A program made the translations under genes and the position numbers. DNA of 64,000 nucleotides from a virus (taxonomy: Duplodnaviria > Heunggongvirae > Uroviricota > Caudoviricetes), in IMG/VR virus record IMGVR_UViG_3300044655_003531, positions 1-64,000 of that record. One strand, given 5' to 3'. The notes under the pieces were generated by a model. It had not been told where the DNA came from. It was given only the letters and a program-made list of their open reading frames with translations, and did no database searches. This document shows, piece by piece, positions 1-9,190 of the stretch. Each line of letters begins with the position of its first letter. The stretch's first letter is position 1.

Positions 1-231
1 TATTTATATCATCGAGTTTTATCCCTTTTTCTAACACATTTTGAATGAAATTAAGAGCATCATCATAATTATAAAATCTAGTAAGGCCGGTATATTCCCC
101 ACCATCATAATGTCTTATAGACTTCCAATAAGGTATTCCTATAAAGGTTTTCCTTTTTTTAATCCAAAAAAATGGTGTACCTTCTTTACCATACTCATCT
201 ACATACACACTTTTAAATATTTTGTAGTTGC

Positions 232-801
232 TCATAAAAAATCAGGTTTTTTGTAATACTCCCATACTTCATCCAATTGTTTTGGGTCTTTTACCCACAT
301 AATCCAATCATCTTTTTTAATTTCTTCCTCCAACACATCAATGTAAAATGTTTTTGGTGTAAATGGAAATCCTTTAATTTCCAAAGAACTATGAAATCGG
401 TTTGTATTGTTGATAGCATCCTCTCGAGTCATGTAAATAGGTCCTGACCAAGTTGTTCCATTAGGACATCTTTTGATAATAGCGTCATTATATGTAACCC
501 TACCATCCTTATCCTTAAACAATCCACCCTCTCTTTTGTTTTGATACCAAGGTTTACCTGCTAAATCACTAACATTTCCCCACTCTTCATCTTTACCTGT
601 AATAGGCCCCAGTGGTTTGTAGTTAGCTAATTTGTGAAATAAAGAGGCTACAATCGGTGCTGAACCACCTGAGTGTCCTTGTTTTTCAAATACCTCCATT
701 AGTTCCATAACTGCCTCTCCGATGGCTCCTCCATAGTCAGAATCTTCTCCAAAGAAGCCTGCTAATTCTAATTCAAATTTTGCGTGTGATGTTGTGCTCA
801 T
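232..801 (-). CDS. hypothetical protein (189 aa)
   Basis: Long ORF in a dense minus-strand array. No family confidently recognised. The GHSGGSAP segment is faintly NTP-pyrophosphohydrolase-like but insufficient for a call. Confidence 0.5.
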   Translation of the reverse strand: MSTTSHAKFELELAGFFGEDSDYGGAIGEAVMELMEVFEKQGHSGGSAPIVASLFHKLANYKPLGPITGKDEEWGNVSDLAGKPWYQNKREGGLFKDKDGRVTYNDAIIKRCPNGTTWSGPIYMTREDAINNTNRFHSSLEIKGFPFTPKTFYIDVLEEEIKKDDWIMWVKDPKQLDEVWEYYKKPDFL

Positions 802-831
802 AACTTATATTTTTTTAATTGCTGGATGTGA

Positions 832-1395
832 TTATAGTACCGCATATCGTAATGTACACCCAGTATATCCCATAGGTCTATACTCTTCAGGATTATCTAA
901 TACTCTTTCTAACATATTACGAATCATTTGTTTATCATCTTCATATGTTCTTTTAGGCGCGTCAATATCTTGAGGAAACTCAGGTGACCAAGTTAATGTT
1001 ATACTTTGTTTTGGTTCAAAGGTTTCTGGGTTAAATGTTATAGGTGCAAACACACACCCATCTTTTACTGGCTTATACATCTCTTCTGGTTCGTATATTT
1101 TTGGAGTAAATGATATAGTATAAACATATCCTACTTTATGTTTATAAGTTGGATTTTCGGAATCTGATATTTTAATAGATTTCGCAACAATGGGAGTTGT
1201 CTTGTCTTCAGTAAGACCTGAAGGTAATTCCATCCATATAATCTTATCAAACTCAAAATGTTTAATTAGTTCTGCTTCTACTTGAATACGTTGTTCTTCT
1301 GATAGTTTAGTTATCGATTCAATATCATTATAACCATAAGTTTTATCTGCACTTCCGCAGATTGATAGTAGTTTTTCTGTTAAATTTGATTTCAT
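832..1395 (-). CDS. hypothetical protein (187 aa)
   Basis: Long ORF, same strand and array as neighbours. Confidence 0.5.
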   Translation of the reverse strand: MKSNLTEKLLSICGSADKTYGYNDIESITKLSEEQRIQVEAELIKHFEFDKIIWMELPSGLTEDKTTPIVAKSIKISDSENPTYKHKVGYVYTISFTPKIYEPEEMYKPVKDGCVFAPITFNPETFEPKQSITLTWSPEFPQDIDAPKRTYEDDKQMIRNMLERVLDNPEEYRPMGYTGCTLRYAVL

Positions 1396-1500
1396 AAATT
1401 ATATTTTTAATTTCATAAATGTTTCTTTTTGTGTTGTACTAGATTACCATACCCACCAATTTGTTTGCTACAAATATCACAAACAAATTTTTCTAAAGTT

Positions 1501-2070
1501 TTACCTTTGTTCCATGTAGGTTTTCCCTTTTTTGGTTTCACTTATTTTGTTACTATGTTCTTTTGTTCTTGGTGGTTTTGGTTTCCTTAATTTTTCTCTA
1601 TTCTCTCCTTTTTTCATTGGATTATTATCACCTGATAATGCAATGCTCATTTTATATCTATACTCATCAGATTTATGAAATCCATGTGATATTCTTTTTT
1701 GTATTGTTTCTTCGGATTGCGTTACCCCAATTTGATATTCTCTTAATTTTTGTTTTTGCTCTTCTGTTCTTGCGTATCTTAACTTTTCTCTAACTTCATC
1801 TGATGGATTGAATAACCCCTCACCCCCATCTGTCATATTTGTCAACATATCTCTACCATATTTTTGAATTAAATATTTTTCAGTGTCACATGCACCTTCC
1901 CATTCAATATCCGATTCAATAATTTCAACATCATATCCATATTTAGCAACAACGTTTTTCCAATGTATGTTTCTATTTCTATAAGAATAAGCTCTTTCTT
2001 CATAAAGGCCAATCCCAACATAAAAAACTTCATTAGTATTTTTCTTTTTGTGTAAATAAACAACTGCCAT
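1501..2070 (-). CDS. GIY-YIG homing endonuclease (Seg/I-TevI-like) with NUMOD-like C-terminal DNA-binding region
   Basis: N-terminal VYLHKKKNTNEVFYVGIG...RAYSY...HW...N matches the GIY-YIG catalytic module. Basic K/R-rich C-terminal tail with NUMOD-like repeats. Located beside thyA as in T4-like phages. Confidence 0.75.
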   Translation of the reverse strand: MAVVYLHKKKNTNEVFYVGIGLYEERAYSYRNRNIHWKNVVAKYGYDVEIIESDIEWEGACDTEKYLIQKYGRDMLTNMTDGGEGLFNPSDEVREKLRYARTEEQKQKLREYQIGVTQSEETIQKRISHGFHKSDEYRYKMSIALSGDNNPMKKGENREKLRKPKPPRTKEHSNKISETKKGKTYMEQR

Positions 2071-2141
2071 ATATTATTTCTTTTGGTATAAATATATGAA
2101 AGTTGTGAAAAAGGTGTTTTAATTGTAGGTTATTTTTCATG

Positions 2142-2942
2142 TCAATTGGACAGGGGCGCTTTAATTGTTGGATGTGATACATAATTTTCTAAAATAATAT
2201 CTCCTGGCATAAATGATTCGATACCATCTCTAACGTGAACATTTGGTAGTCTAAATGGTTCTCTTTTTATTTGCTCTTTTGCTTGTTCAATATGATTTAA
2301 ATACAAATGTGTATCTCCTAAATTACCAATCAATTCATCAGGTATCATTTGTACTTCATCTGCAATCATTTCCAATAATAATCCATAAGAAGCAATGTTG
2401 AATGGTAAACCCAAGAATGTATCTACTGAGCGTTGATTCCACATTAGAGAGATTGCTCTGGTTGGAACTTCGGCTTCATTCATTATTTTAATATTTAACT
2501 CTTTAATATGTTCTCGGGTTTCCATTTTAAATCTTTCTGTTGATTGAAATATATTACACCGTTCTTCATAACTTAACTCTCTTGTATAAACTTGAAATCC
2601 ATAATGACAAGGTGGGAGAACCATTTGGTCTAATTCACCTACATTCCAAGCCGAAACCATTAATCTCCTACTATCAGGATTTGTTTTAAGGTCGTTGATT
2701 AGGTTTTGGATTTGGTCAATATACTGTGTTCCTTTTACATATAAGGGTTCAATATCATCACCATCATCAATTTTTAATGTTGTTGGAATAGCAACTTCGG
2801 TTTTCCATTTTCTCCACTGTTTACCATAAATTGGTCCCAAATCACCCCACTTCTTAGCAAACTCATCATCTGTTTTGATTTTGTTGATGAATTCTTCTTG
2901 GGTGTATGGTCTTCCATCTGGGTGTAAGTGTTCTTTATTCAT
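2142..2942 (-). CDS. thyA: thymidylate synthase, C-terminal portion (exon 2 or C-terminal fragment of a split gene)
   Basis: Contains WGDLGPIYGKQWRKW, RRLMVSAWNVGELDQMVLPPCHYGFQVY (active-site PPCH), NQRSVDTFLGLPFNIASYGLLLEMIA. Lacks the ThyA N-terminal third, which is encoded at 3951..4268. Confidence 0.85.
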   Translation of the reverse strand: MNKEHLHPDGRPYTQEEFINKIKTDDEFAKKWGDLGPIYGKQWRKWKTEVAIPTTLKIDDGDDIEPLYVKGTQYIDQIQNLINDLKTNPDSRRLMVSAWNVGELDQMVLPPCHYGFQVYTRELSYEERCNIFQSTERFKMETREHIKELNIKIMNEAEVPTRAISLMWNQRSVDTFLGLPFNIASYGLLLEMIADEVQMIPDELIGNLGDTHLYLNHIEQAKEQIKREPFRLPNVHVRDGIESFMPGDIILENYVSHPTIKAPLSN

Positions 2943-3906
2943 AACTTTTTATTTCATTTTTTAATTGTTCTAAATCAATATCACATCTTTTACTTTTAGT
3001 TCTATTACTACTCCATTCTATCATTTGTAGATTACAGTGATGACTAATAATTTCAGGTTCTACATTATTCAAAAATCCTTCAATTATTGAGTATTTGTGG
3101 TCTAATTGGAACCCAATTTTTCCATTTGTTACTCTTTCTAAATTATTTGGGTTTATAATGTTTTTATACATTTTATATGTTGTTTCAGTTAATCGTTTAA
3201 CTTTTTTTCTATAAATTTGGTAATCCGACAAAAACTCATCAGGTATTATCCATCCTCTTTCGATTTTTGTTTTAATACCATTACCAATTCTATTTTCCGA
3301 GTTAATATTAGCGGAATTATTAACCCCGTATTTATCTTTTAATACTTGCTTTATTTTCTCTTTTATACTGTGAGATTTAAACGGGTTGTCAACACCATAC
3401 TTTTTAATCCAAGTATTTAACGCTTTTTGTTTTATTGCATCACTATGAAAAGAATGTTCAACACCATATTTTTTAATCATAGTTGATTTAATTTTCTTTT
3501 TTAGTTCAGGACTTTGTAAAGTATAACCACCGTATTTTTCATTAACAGTTTTACGTCTTTTATTATTTCTTATGATTTTATCTGTTTCCGATAAACTATT
3601 ATATCTTTCTCTAAATTTATTTTTAGTTAGTTCCGAATTGTTATTACACTTTGCAGAACAAAATTTTCTATTCAAATCAATAATTGGGTTACCACAATGG
3701 AAGCAAGTATTAACGGAGTTTCTATCTTTCAAGATATACCTTATCCTATCAACCAATTTAGGATTGTAAATAGTTAGATATTGAGTACTATCAATAATAT
3801 CCTGTTTAAGTGATGATTCAATTACTCTTAATTTTTGAGACAATATTTTATACTCATTATTTTTTATAACACACAAGGTTGTTTCAATTTTAGTTTTTAG
3901 ACACAT
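2935..3906 (-). CDS. HNH homing endonuclease encoded in the sequence that interrupts thyA
   Basis: C-terminal QLDHKYSIIEGFLNNVEPEIISHHCNLQMIEWSSNRTK fits the HNH motif (DH...N...H/N). Basic nucleic-acid-binding N-terminal region with CxxC...C pairs. Sits exactly between the two thyA parts. Its stop overlaps the ATG of the thyA C-terminal ORF. Confidence 0.7.
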   Translation of the reverse strand: MCLKTKIETTLCVIKNNEYKILSQKLRVIESSLKQDIIDSTQYLTIYNPKLVDRIRYILKDRNSVNTCFHCGNPIIDLNRKFCSAKCNNNSELTKNKFRERYNSLSETDKIIRNNKRRKTVNEKYGGYTLQSPELKKKIKSTMIKKYGVEHSFHSDAIKQKALNTWIKKYGVDNPFKSHSIKEKIKQVLKDKYGVNNSANINSENRIGNGIKTKIERGWIIPDEFLSDYQIYRKKVKRLTETTYKMYKNIINPNNLERVTNGKIGFQLDHKYSIIEGFLNNVEPEIISHHCNLQMIEWSSNRTKSKRCDIDLEQLKNEIKSYE

Positions 3907-3950
3907 TTTGGTTTCTTTTATAATAAATATCTAAAAACCAACAAAAGTCA
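2943..3950 (-). mobile_element. intervening sequence splitting thyA (self-splicing group I intron carrying an HNH ORF, or a homing-endonuclease insertion that split the gene into two polypeptides)
   Basis: thyA N-terminal ORF terminates at 3951. The HNH ORF starts 45 nt later. thyA C-terminal ORF restarts with its own ATG overlapping the HNH stop. Analogous to the T4 td intron and to HEG-split nrd genes in T4-like phages. Confidence 0.6.
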
Positions 3951-4268
3951 TTATTTTTCCTCATCTTTCTTTAACTTCTCACATTCTTTTAGGTATGCTT
4001 GATAAGCATCCCCCGTCCAAATGTTACAGTCATTTTTAAGAAGATACTCTATTGATGTATCGCCTCTTAAAAACCAAAGTAATTCTGTACATATTGACTT
4101 CCACGCCATTTTCTTGGTTGTAAGAAGTGAAAACCCTTCACTCATTTTATGACGGATTTGTCTACCAAATACTGAAATAGTACCAGTACCTGTTCTATCT
4201 TTCTTTTCCACTCCATTATCTAATATATCTTGGAGTAGTGATTGATACTGTTTATCGAGGTTGTTCAT
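3951..4268 (-). CDS. thyA: thymidylate synthase, N-terminal portion
   Basis: [55 protein letters not shown] is the canonical ThyA N-terminus (RTGTGT, TTK, ELLWF, GDT). ORF ends at a TAA right after an L. casei-type insertion region. Confidence 0.85.
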   Translation of the reverse strand: MNNLDKQYQSLLQDILDNGVEKKDRTGTGTISVFGRQIRHKMSEGFSLLTTKKMAWKSICTELLWFLRGDTSIEYLLKNDCNIWTGDAYQAYLKECEKLKKDEEK

Positions 4269-4440
4269 AATGTTCTAATTGTTGTTCGTTAAAAATGTGT
4301 AATAATCCATATTCATCCATTTCGGCTACTAATCTAATTTCACCTTTTATTGTTGTGAATACGGATACAATTGTGCAAGGAAATTTATATCCTTTCGGTT
4401 TCCACGCTTTATCTCCTACTTTAAATTTTGTGTTATTCAT
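4252..4440 (-). CDS. hypothetical protein (62 aa)
   Basis: ORF in an operon-like array, overlaps upstream gene by a few nt. Confidence 0.4.
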   Translation of the reverse strand: MNNTKFKVGDKAWKPKGYKFPCTIVSVFTTIKGEIRLVAEMDEYGLLHIFNEQQLEHYEQPR

Positions 4441-4444
4441 ATAT

Positions 4445-4738
4445 TTAATAATTTATTCCATTTTCATATTTGTTAATTGTATCTTCCATCTGATGGAACA
4501 TTTGTTTAATTCTCATCCCAAGTTCATATGGGTCGGCATGCTTAACACCTTCTAATGTTATTCTATGGTTGGCTTTAAACCATTGTGGTGTTTTAGACCA
4601 TTTTTCTTCGCCTAAAAATCCTTCATATTTTCTGTATGCCACATCATGCATTGTAACCAAACAATCAAATCTGATTTCACATACTCGTTGTGTATTTGCA
4701 ACAATTTCAGGTACAGGTGTTATTTCTATTTTATTCAT
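4445..4738 (-). CDS. hypothetical protein (97 aa)
   Basis: ORF in array. Confidence 0.45.
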   Translation of the reverse strand: MNKIEITPVPEIVANTQRVCEIRFDCLVTMHDVAYRKYEGFLGEEKWSKTPQWFKANHRITLEGVKHADPYELGMRIKQMFHQMEDTINKYENGINY

Positions 4739-4765
4739 GACTTTCTATAGTTTTGTTGTTGTATG

Positions 4766-5221
4766 TTAAGATAACTGGAGTAAAATTCTATCTTCTTTTT
4801 TAAAACATTCCCCATTTATTATCATATCGCCACTTTCATTTTTTTCAGTTTCAACGGTACAATAAATCCATCTGAGTTGTTGAAGGTGAGATACAACGCT
4901 AGATATTTTACACCATTTAGGTTTAAACATATCACTTGCCGTGTCGATATCATCTAACAACTTAAACATAAATTCAAGTTTATGTGTTAATGTTGCAATA
5001 TTAATACCTCTACGTTGTGATAAATCAATAGCATAAGTGTCTTCAGTCATTTTAACTAATTCATCATCAACAGAGTGAGCTTCTTTTGCTTTGTTATAGC
5101 AATACTTCACATAATTTTTATTACCTTCTATCCCTTCATACCCTTCGAGAATATCTTCAATTGATGATAACACATCTCTTAATTTGTTTGCTGAATATAG
5201 CATTTTGTGTTTGTCGTTCAT
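4766..5221 (-). CDS. hypothetical protein (151 aa)
   Basis: ORF in array. Confidence 0.45.
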   Translation of the reverse strand: MNDKHKMLYSANKLRDVLSSIEDILEGYEGIEGNKNYVKYCYNKAKEAHSVDDELVKMTEDTYAIDLSQRRGINIATLTHKLEFMFKLLDDIDTASDMFKPKWCKISSVVSHLQQLRWIYCTVETEKNESGDMIINGECFKKEDRILLQLS

Positions 5222-5324
5222 AACTTTCTAGTGTTTTAGATGTTTTTTCCAAATGTTTACTACCGCTTCTGCTCTTGGGCCTTTTAGTTTTGACCAACGA
5301 TTAATCCAGTGTTGTATTTCTTCT

Positions 5325-6293
5325 TTATTCATCATCTTTTTTTTCATGTCTAAACCAATTAATCATTCCATCATAAAAAACACTACCATGATTTATCGAA
5401 CCATAATCTTTATGTTCTGCAAAATGTTCAGCATCCAGCAAATCATCTTCGTTTTGTGTTGAGTTTGGTGGTTTCACATTTGATTTTCTTTTTTCCAACT
5501 CATTCCACCATTCATCCGATGTCATATAACTCAAATCGGGATTAATCCTAATTTCTCCGGGTTCATATCCCAATAAGATTGTGGCCGGTAATCCATAATA
5601 CCATATTTTTCTTCCAATCTCTTTTTCTGGGTTTATGAAATTAAAAGGATGTTCTGATATTTTACTTATCAAAGAATGTGCTTCAGCCAATGCCCCTCCT
5701 AAATCTCTCCAATGAAATTTATAAACTTCCTTACCATTTGCTTTAATTGTACATATCCCACCATTTCTGATGCTCCACTCATCCCACTTATATTTGGTTG
5801 AATTAAATTGTCTATAATTTATTTCCCAGCAAACTCTATGAACACCCGTATCGATGTATGGGATAAGCTCTCTCATGGTTGGTACTTCATCATCATTATC
5901 CGAATGATAAACTGAGTAGTCTAACCACCATGTATCAGGACACCCATTCCATTTACCTAAATTGTGTTCATATCCATCAATTGAGTAAACTGGATAAAGT
6001 CTATCTCCTATTTGAATATCAAATATTTTATGCGGTTTTCCAAATTTTTCGGCGGCCTGTTCTAATGTGTAATTTTGTTTTTCAAATTTTTTTAATTCAT
6101 CGTATAAATCTTGATTTAACTCTTTGAGTTTATTTCCCAACTCTAAAAGAGCATGTTCGTTCCAATACCCTTTTTCATCTTCGGGTCTAAAATAGTAAAA
6201 TCCATCAATATCAGGCACAAAATAACCTATCAATTTTCCACCATGTGTGGTGGTAATTTTATAACTATGTTCTACTAATTCGTAATTTAACAT
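5325..6293 (-). CDS. hypothetical protein (322 aa)
   Basis: Long ORF, W-rich. No family recognised. Confidence 0.5.
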   Translation of the reverse strand: MLNYELVEHSYKITTTHGGKLIGYFVPDIDGFYYFRPEDEKGYWNEHALLELGNKLKELNQDLYDELKKFEKQNYTLEQAAEKFGKPHKIFDIQIGDRLYPVYSIDGYEHNLGKWNGCPDTWWLDYSVYHSDNDDEVPTMRELIPYIDTGVHRVCWEINYRQFNSTKYKWDEWSIRNGGICTIKANGKEVYKFHWRDLGGALAEAHSLISKISEHPFNFINPEKEIGRKIWYYGLPATILLGYEPGEIRINPDLSYMTSDEWWNELEKRKSNVKPPNSTQNEDDLLDAEHFAEHKDYGSINHGSVFYDGMINWFRHEKKDDE

Positions 6294-6349
6294 TGAGTTT
6301 AATTTTGGTTTTCAAAATAGGTAGTCTTGTGTGTGAATTAGTTTGTGTG

Positions 6350-6622
6350 TCATAACAAGTTTTTTAAAGTATATTCAATAGCTGCTTCATATGCTTCTGT
6401 TGGTGAATCATAGTGTGTGTCTGTAGGTTTAAATTCAGCATTCCTCTTCTCTTTCAAATTAAAATGCTCAAAATACCAAGACCCCATAATGTTCACATTC
6501 ACTACAGTCCAAATCCCATGCTTCTCATACAACCACATTACTACGTCTGATATAGTTGACAATAATACTCCATGTTTTTTAAACAGAATTTCAGCAATTT
6601 CAAATTTTACTGGTGTGTTCAT
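6350..6622 (-). CDS. member of tandem paralog family (short form, MNTPV...PTEAYEAAIEYTLKNLL)
   Basis: Shares N-terminus MNTPVxFEIA and a 60-aa C-terminal block VVMWLYEKHGIW...PTEAYEAAIEYTL with 6619..7053, 7050..7436 and 9615..9980. Confidence 0.6.
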   Translation of the reverse strand: MNTPVKFEIAEILFKKHGVLLSTISDVVMWLYEKHGIWTVVNVNIMGSWYFEHFNLKEKRNAEFKPTDTHYDSPTEAYEAAIEYTLKNLL

Positions 6623-7053
6623 ATTAAATTATTTAGCGTGTACTCAATAGCTGCTTCGTATGCTTCTGTTGGTGTTTTGAAATTTTCTCCTGATGTAAAC
6701 TCTTTTTTATCAGTATCAATAGACCAATAAAATTCTTTTTGGTCTATCCTATGTGCATAAATCCAAATCCCATGTTTCTCATACAACCACATCACAACTT
6801 CTGCAATGGTTGGTGCTGAGTAGTAGATTGCATTATCATCATTCGGGTATGGAATTTTTTTTAAAAGCATACCTGATTTACCACCATTCAAGTTCCAATC
6901 CCAAATACAATCTTTATCGGATTCATATTCTGTACCTGTTGTTAAATAAAATTCTTTATCGTACTTACTTTTGCGATAAAAGTGACGACATTCCCAAGAA
7001 AATCCTTTTTCTTTTAGGAGTTTTGCAATTTCAAAATTTACTTCAGTGTTCAT
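6619..7053 (-). CDS. member of tandem paralog family (MNTEVNFEIAKLLKEKGF...)
   Basis: Conserved termini with a variable middle. ATGA-type overlap with neighbours. Confidence 0.6.
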   Translation of the reverse strand: MNTEVNFEIAKLLKEKGFSWECRHFYRKSKYDKEFYLTTGTEYESDKDCIWDWNLNGGKSGMLLKKIPYPNDDNAIYYSAPTIAEVVMWLYEKHGIWIYAHRIDQKEFYWSIDTDKKEFTSGENFKTPTEAYEAAIEYTLNNLI

Positions 7054-7436
7054 ATTAAATTATTTAGCGTGTATTCAATAGCCGCTTCGTGTGCTTCTGT
7101 TGGTGAATTATAGTGTGTATCTGTAGGTTTAAATTCAGCATTCCTTTTCTTTTTCAAATCAAAATGTTCAAAATACCAAGACCCCATAATGTTCACATTC
7201 ACTACAGTCCAAATCCCATGTTTCTCATACAACCACATCACAACTTCTGCAATGGTTGGTGCTGAGTAATATCCAGCATTTCTTTTATGCATAGATGTAT
7301 CTCCAATAGTATGATTATTCCAATCTCCAAGTTCAAAAGTATAAAGATTTAAAGATGAATAATAACTCCAACATGGTATATCAAACCCTTTCTCTTTTAG
7401 CAACTTTGCTATCTCAAAACTTACTGGCGTGTTCAT
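7050..7436 (-). CDS. member of tandem paralog family (MNTPVSFEIAKLLKEKGF...)
   Basis: C-terminal 60 aa nearly identical to 6350..6622. N-terminal 18 aa identical to 9615..9980. Confidence 0.6.
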   Translation of the reverse strand: MNTPVSFEIAKLLKEKGFDIPCWSYYSSLNLYTFELGDWNNHTIGDTSMHKRNAGYYSAPTIAEVVMWLYEKHGIWTVVNVNIMGSWYFEHFDLKKKRNAEFKPTDTHYNSPTEAHEAAIEYTLNNLI

Positions 7437-7788
7437 TGGTTAGTGCTTTAATTAGTGCATCCGCTTTCATTACTTTAATTTTTGCCTCTACAAGCATCCA
7501 CCATTTCATTCTTTCTAAATCAGGAGAACGCGGAATATCTGAATCCATTAACGGCCTAACCGTGTCATAGGTATAATCATCCACCGGCATAATAGAAGCA
7601 AAGTACTCGCGCTTGGTTAATTTGCCATGAATAAAATCGTCTGGGTGTGTTTCGTTATTGCTCATAGTGGGCAATTCAATAGGGGTTACATACTCGTCAA
7701 TGTATTGCATGATGTGTTTTGCGTCTATCATTGACACCTCGCATTTTTCAGCGGCAGTTAAAAACATCTCTTTTGTGTATAGTTTCAT
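7414..7788 (-). CDS. hypothetical protein (124 aa), MKLYTKE N-terminus
   Basis: ORF. Shares its 5' nucleotide sequence ATGAAACTATACACAAAAGA with 7812..8144 and the 12.7 kb gene. Confidence 0.5.
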   Translation of the reverse strand: MKLYTKEMFLTAAEKCEVSMIDAKHIMQYIDEYVTPIELPTMSNNETHPDDFIHGKLTKREYFASIMPVDDYTYDTVRPLMDSDIPRSPDLERMKWWMLVEAKIKVMKADALIKALTNEHASKF

Positions 7789-7811
7789 AGTTTGGTTTGG
7801 TTTAGGTTGGG

Positions 7812-8144
7812 TTACACGATTCTACCCTTAATCGCACCTGCATAATGTTTGACAAATTTTTCGACTTCAACTTTTAATTCGTCAAGAGTATCGGTTTTAA
7901 ACTCTTTCCTCAAAATTTCATCATCAAGGAAATACACTTGGACTGTTCCTTCCCAAAAATTACCAATGTTTTTATGTGGTGGATAAAACCTGCTGCTAAT
8001 TGACAGCAAGGAGCCATCAAAGTCCAATTTAAATCCACAGTCCCATTTCCATTTTGGTTCATTGTGTATTTCCTTTTTTTCGTTTGCTTTGGCTTCCCAG
8101 AGCATTGCAAAATCCCAATCCAATTCTTTTGTGTATAGTTTCAT
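7812..8144 (-). CDS. hypothetical protein (110 aa), MKLYTKE N-terminus
   Basis: ORF with conserved 5' end. Preceded by the CCAACCTAAACCAAAC spacer. Confidence 0.5.
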   Translation of the reverse strand: MKLYTKELDWDFAMLWEAKANEKKEIHNEPKWKWDCGFKLDFDGSLLSISSRFYPPHKNIGNFWEGTVQVYFLDDEILRKEFKTDTLDELKVEVEKFVKHYAGAIKGRIV

Positions 8145-8157
8145 AGGTTAGTTTGGT

Positions 8158-8418
8158 TTAGGTTGGCATGTAATCTTCAAAGTCCTTTTTTGCTTTTTCC
8201 ATTTTTTCTTTCAATCGGTTTTTTTCATCCACGATAATTGCAGACGCTTGCTCTCTTGAGATTTTAAATTCATAAATTTTCGTTCCATGGTTATAAAGCG
8301 TAATTTGAGGAGTAGTGTATTGTTGGTTTACTCCTGCAGCAAAGGATTCGTAATCAGCGACAGCCCTGTTGAGCTTATCCATAAGCTCTCTTGCGTGGTT
8401 TAATTGATGGTGATTCAT
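8158..8418 (-). CDS. hypothetical protein (86 aa)
   Basis: ORF. Start preceded by the TAAACCAAACTAAACC spacer. Confidence 0.45.
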   Translation of the reverse strand: MNHHQLNHARELMDKLNRAVADYESFAAGVNQQYTTPQITLYNHGTKIYEFKISREQASAIIVDEKNRLKEKMEKAKKDFEDYMPT

Positions 8419-8431
8419 GGTTTAGTTTGGT

Positions 8432-9190
8432 TTAGTAAATGTATTTCCCTACCCATTGGGTATGACCTTCGGGGGTTGTTGTTTCCTTATGTACTTTTTT
8501 CAAAGGACAGGTAGGTATTTCTTTTCTGATAGATTCATATTGAGACTCATCAAACTTAACCCAACCGGCTTCTGTGCCATAATAATATTCACTTGACATA
8601 TAAAAATATTGTATCTCACATTCAAACGCAGTAGGTAATTCGGGTTGTGATAAAGATTCAACATAATTATCAAACCACTTAGTATATTTTGAAATAGCTT
8701 GAATCATATCCCACGCCGTAACATCTCCTGTTGGAAGTAGAGTAACTAAATTGTTTCTAATTGTAAGCATATCCTCATTGGTGTACTTGTACTTCTCTTT
8801 GGCTTTGTTGTGGCCATTTATAAAGCCAGCCTTTAAGTAACCAGGGTAATTAAAAAATTCGTTTGGATCATCATCACATGATTGACTCTGCTCGCTGTAT
8901 TCTCTTTCCGCTAACTCTTCAACTTCATCTTCAAGCGGTGGTAGCAAGTCCACGCCTTCAAGGATTGGCGAGTCATTGAGTGGTAGATGAGCAATTATTT
9001 TTCTGCAATAATCCATGTGTATTTGAGAGCTCTTATCAAATAAAAATTGTTCATTATAATAATCAGTTACTTGACGAATATCTAATACCTCTAATTCGGT
9101 ACAATTTACAAGCACCGTATCACCTGTACAAATTTCTGAATCATCAACCACCAATAGGTAGTCTTTCGTGTGAATTAGTTTGTGTGTCAT
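8432..9190 (-). CDS. hypothetical protein (252 aa), MTHKLIHTKDY N-terminus
   Basis: Long ORF. Its first ~35 nt are duplicated as a truncated remnant at 6320..6353. Confidence 0.5.
   Translation of the reverse strand: MTHKLIHTKDYLLVVDDSEICTGDTVLVNCTELEVLDIRQVTDYYNEQFLFDKSSQIHMDYCRKIIAHLPLNDSPILEGVDLLPPLEDEVEELAEREYSEQSQSCDDDPNEFFNYPGYLKAGFINGHNKAKEKYKYTNEDMLTIRNNLVTLLPTGDVTAWDMIQAISKYTKWFDNYVESLSQPELPTAFECEIQYFYMSSEYYYGTEAGWVKFDESQYESIRKEIPTCPLKKVHKETTTPEGHTQWVGKYIY

Larger units (their letters stand above)
6350..7436 (-). repeat. tandem array of three paralogous genes with near-identical 5' and 3' terminal blocks
   Basis: Nucleotide blocks recur, e.g. cat(a/t)ttaaattatttagcgtgta.tcaatagc.gcttcgt.tgcttctgttggtg at gene 3' ends and ttttagcaactttgctatctcaaaacttactggcgtgttcat at 5' ends. 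Confidence 0.7.
7788..8440 (-). promoter_or_regulatory. repeated G-free intergenic spacer CCAACCTAAACCAAAC(T/C)AAACC directly abutting the ATG of three consecutive genes
   Basis: Copies at 7788-7810, 8146-8165 and 8419-8440. Each contains or follows the upstream stop and ends at the next ATG. Confidence 0.5.

Noticed and set aside
41-256. Numerous short plus-strand ORFs embedded antisense in minus-strand genes (e.g. 41..256, 1563..1793, 3572..3769, 4295..4555, 5879..6127, 6417..6650, 9297..9560, 14015..14278, 17595..17829, 19537..20481, 26002..26217, 37495..37945, 43294..43494, 48375..48898, 56756..57013, 57471..57674, 58386..58721)
   Set aside because: Each lies inside a longer ORF on the opposite strand that has recognisable homology or fits the dense co-linear operon structure. 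Their composition is low-complexity, typical of AT-rich antisense frames.
232-801. MazG/dUTPase-like nucleotide pyrophosphohydrolase call for the first gene
   Set aside because: Only a short GHSGGSAP-containing segment is suggestive. No full motif set could be matched by eye.
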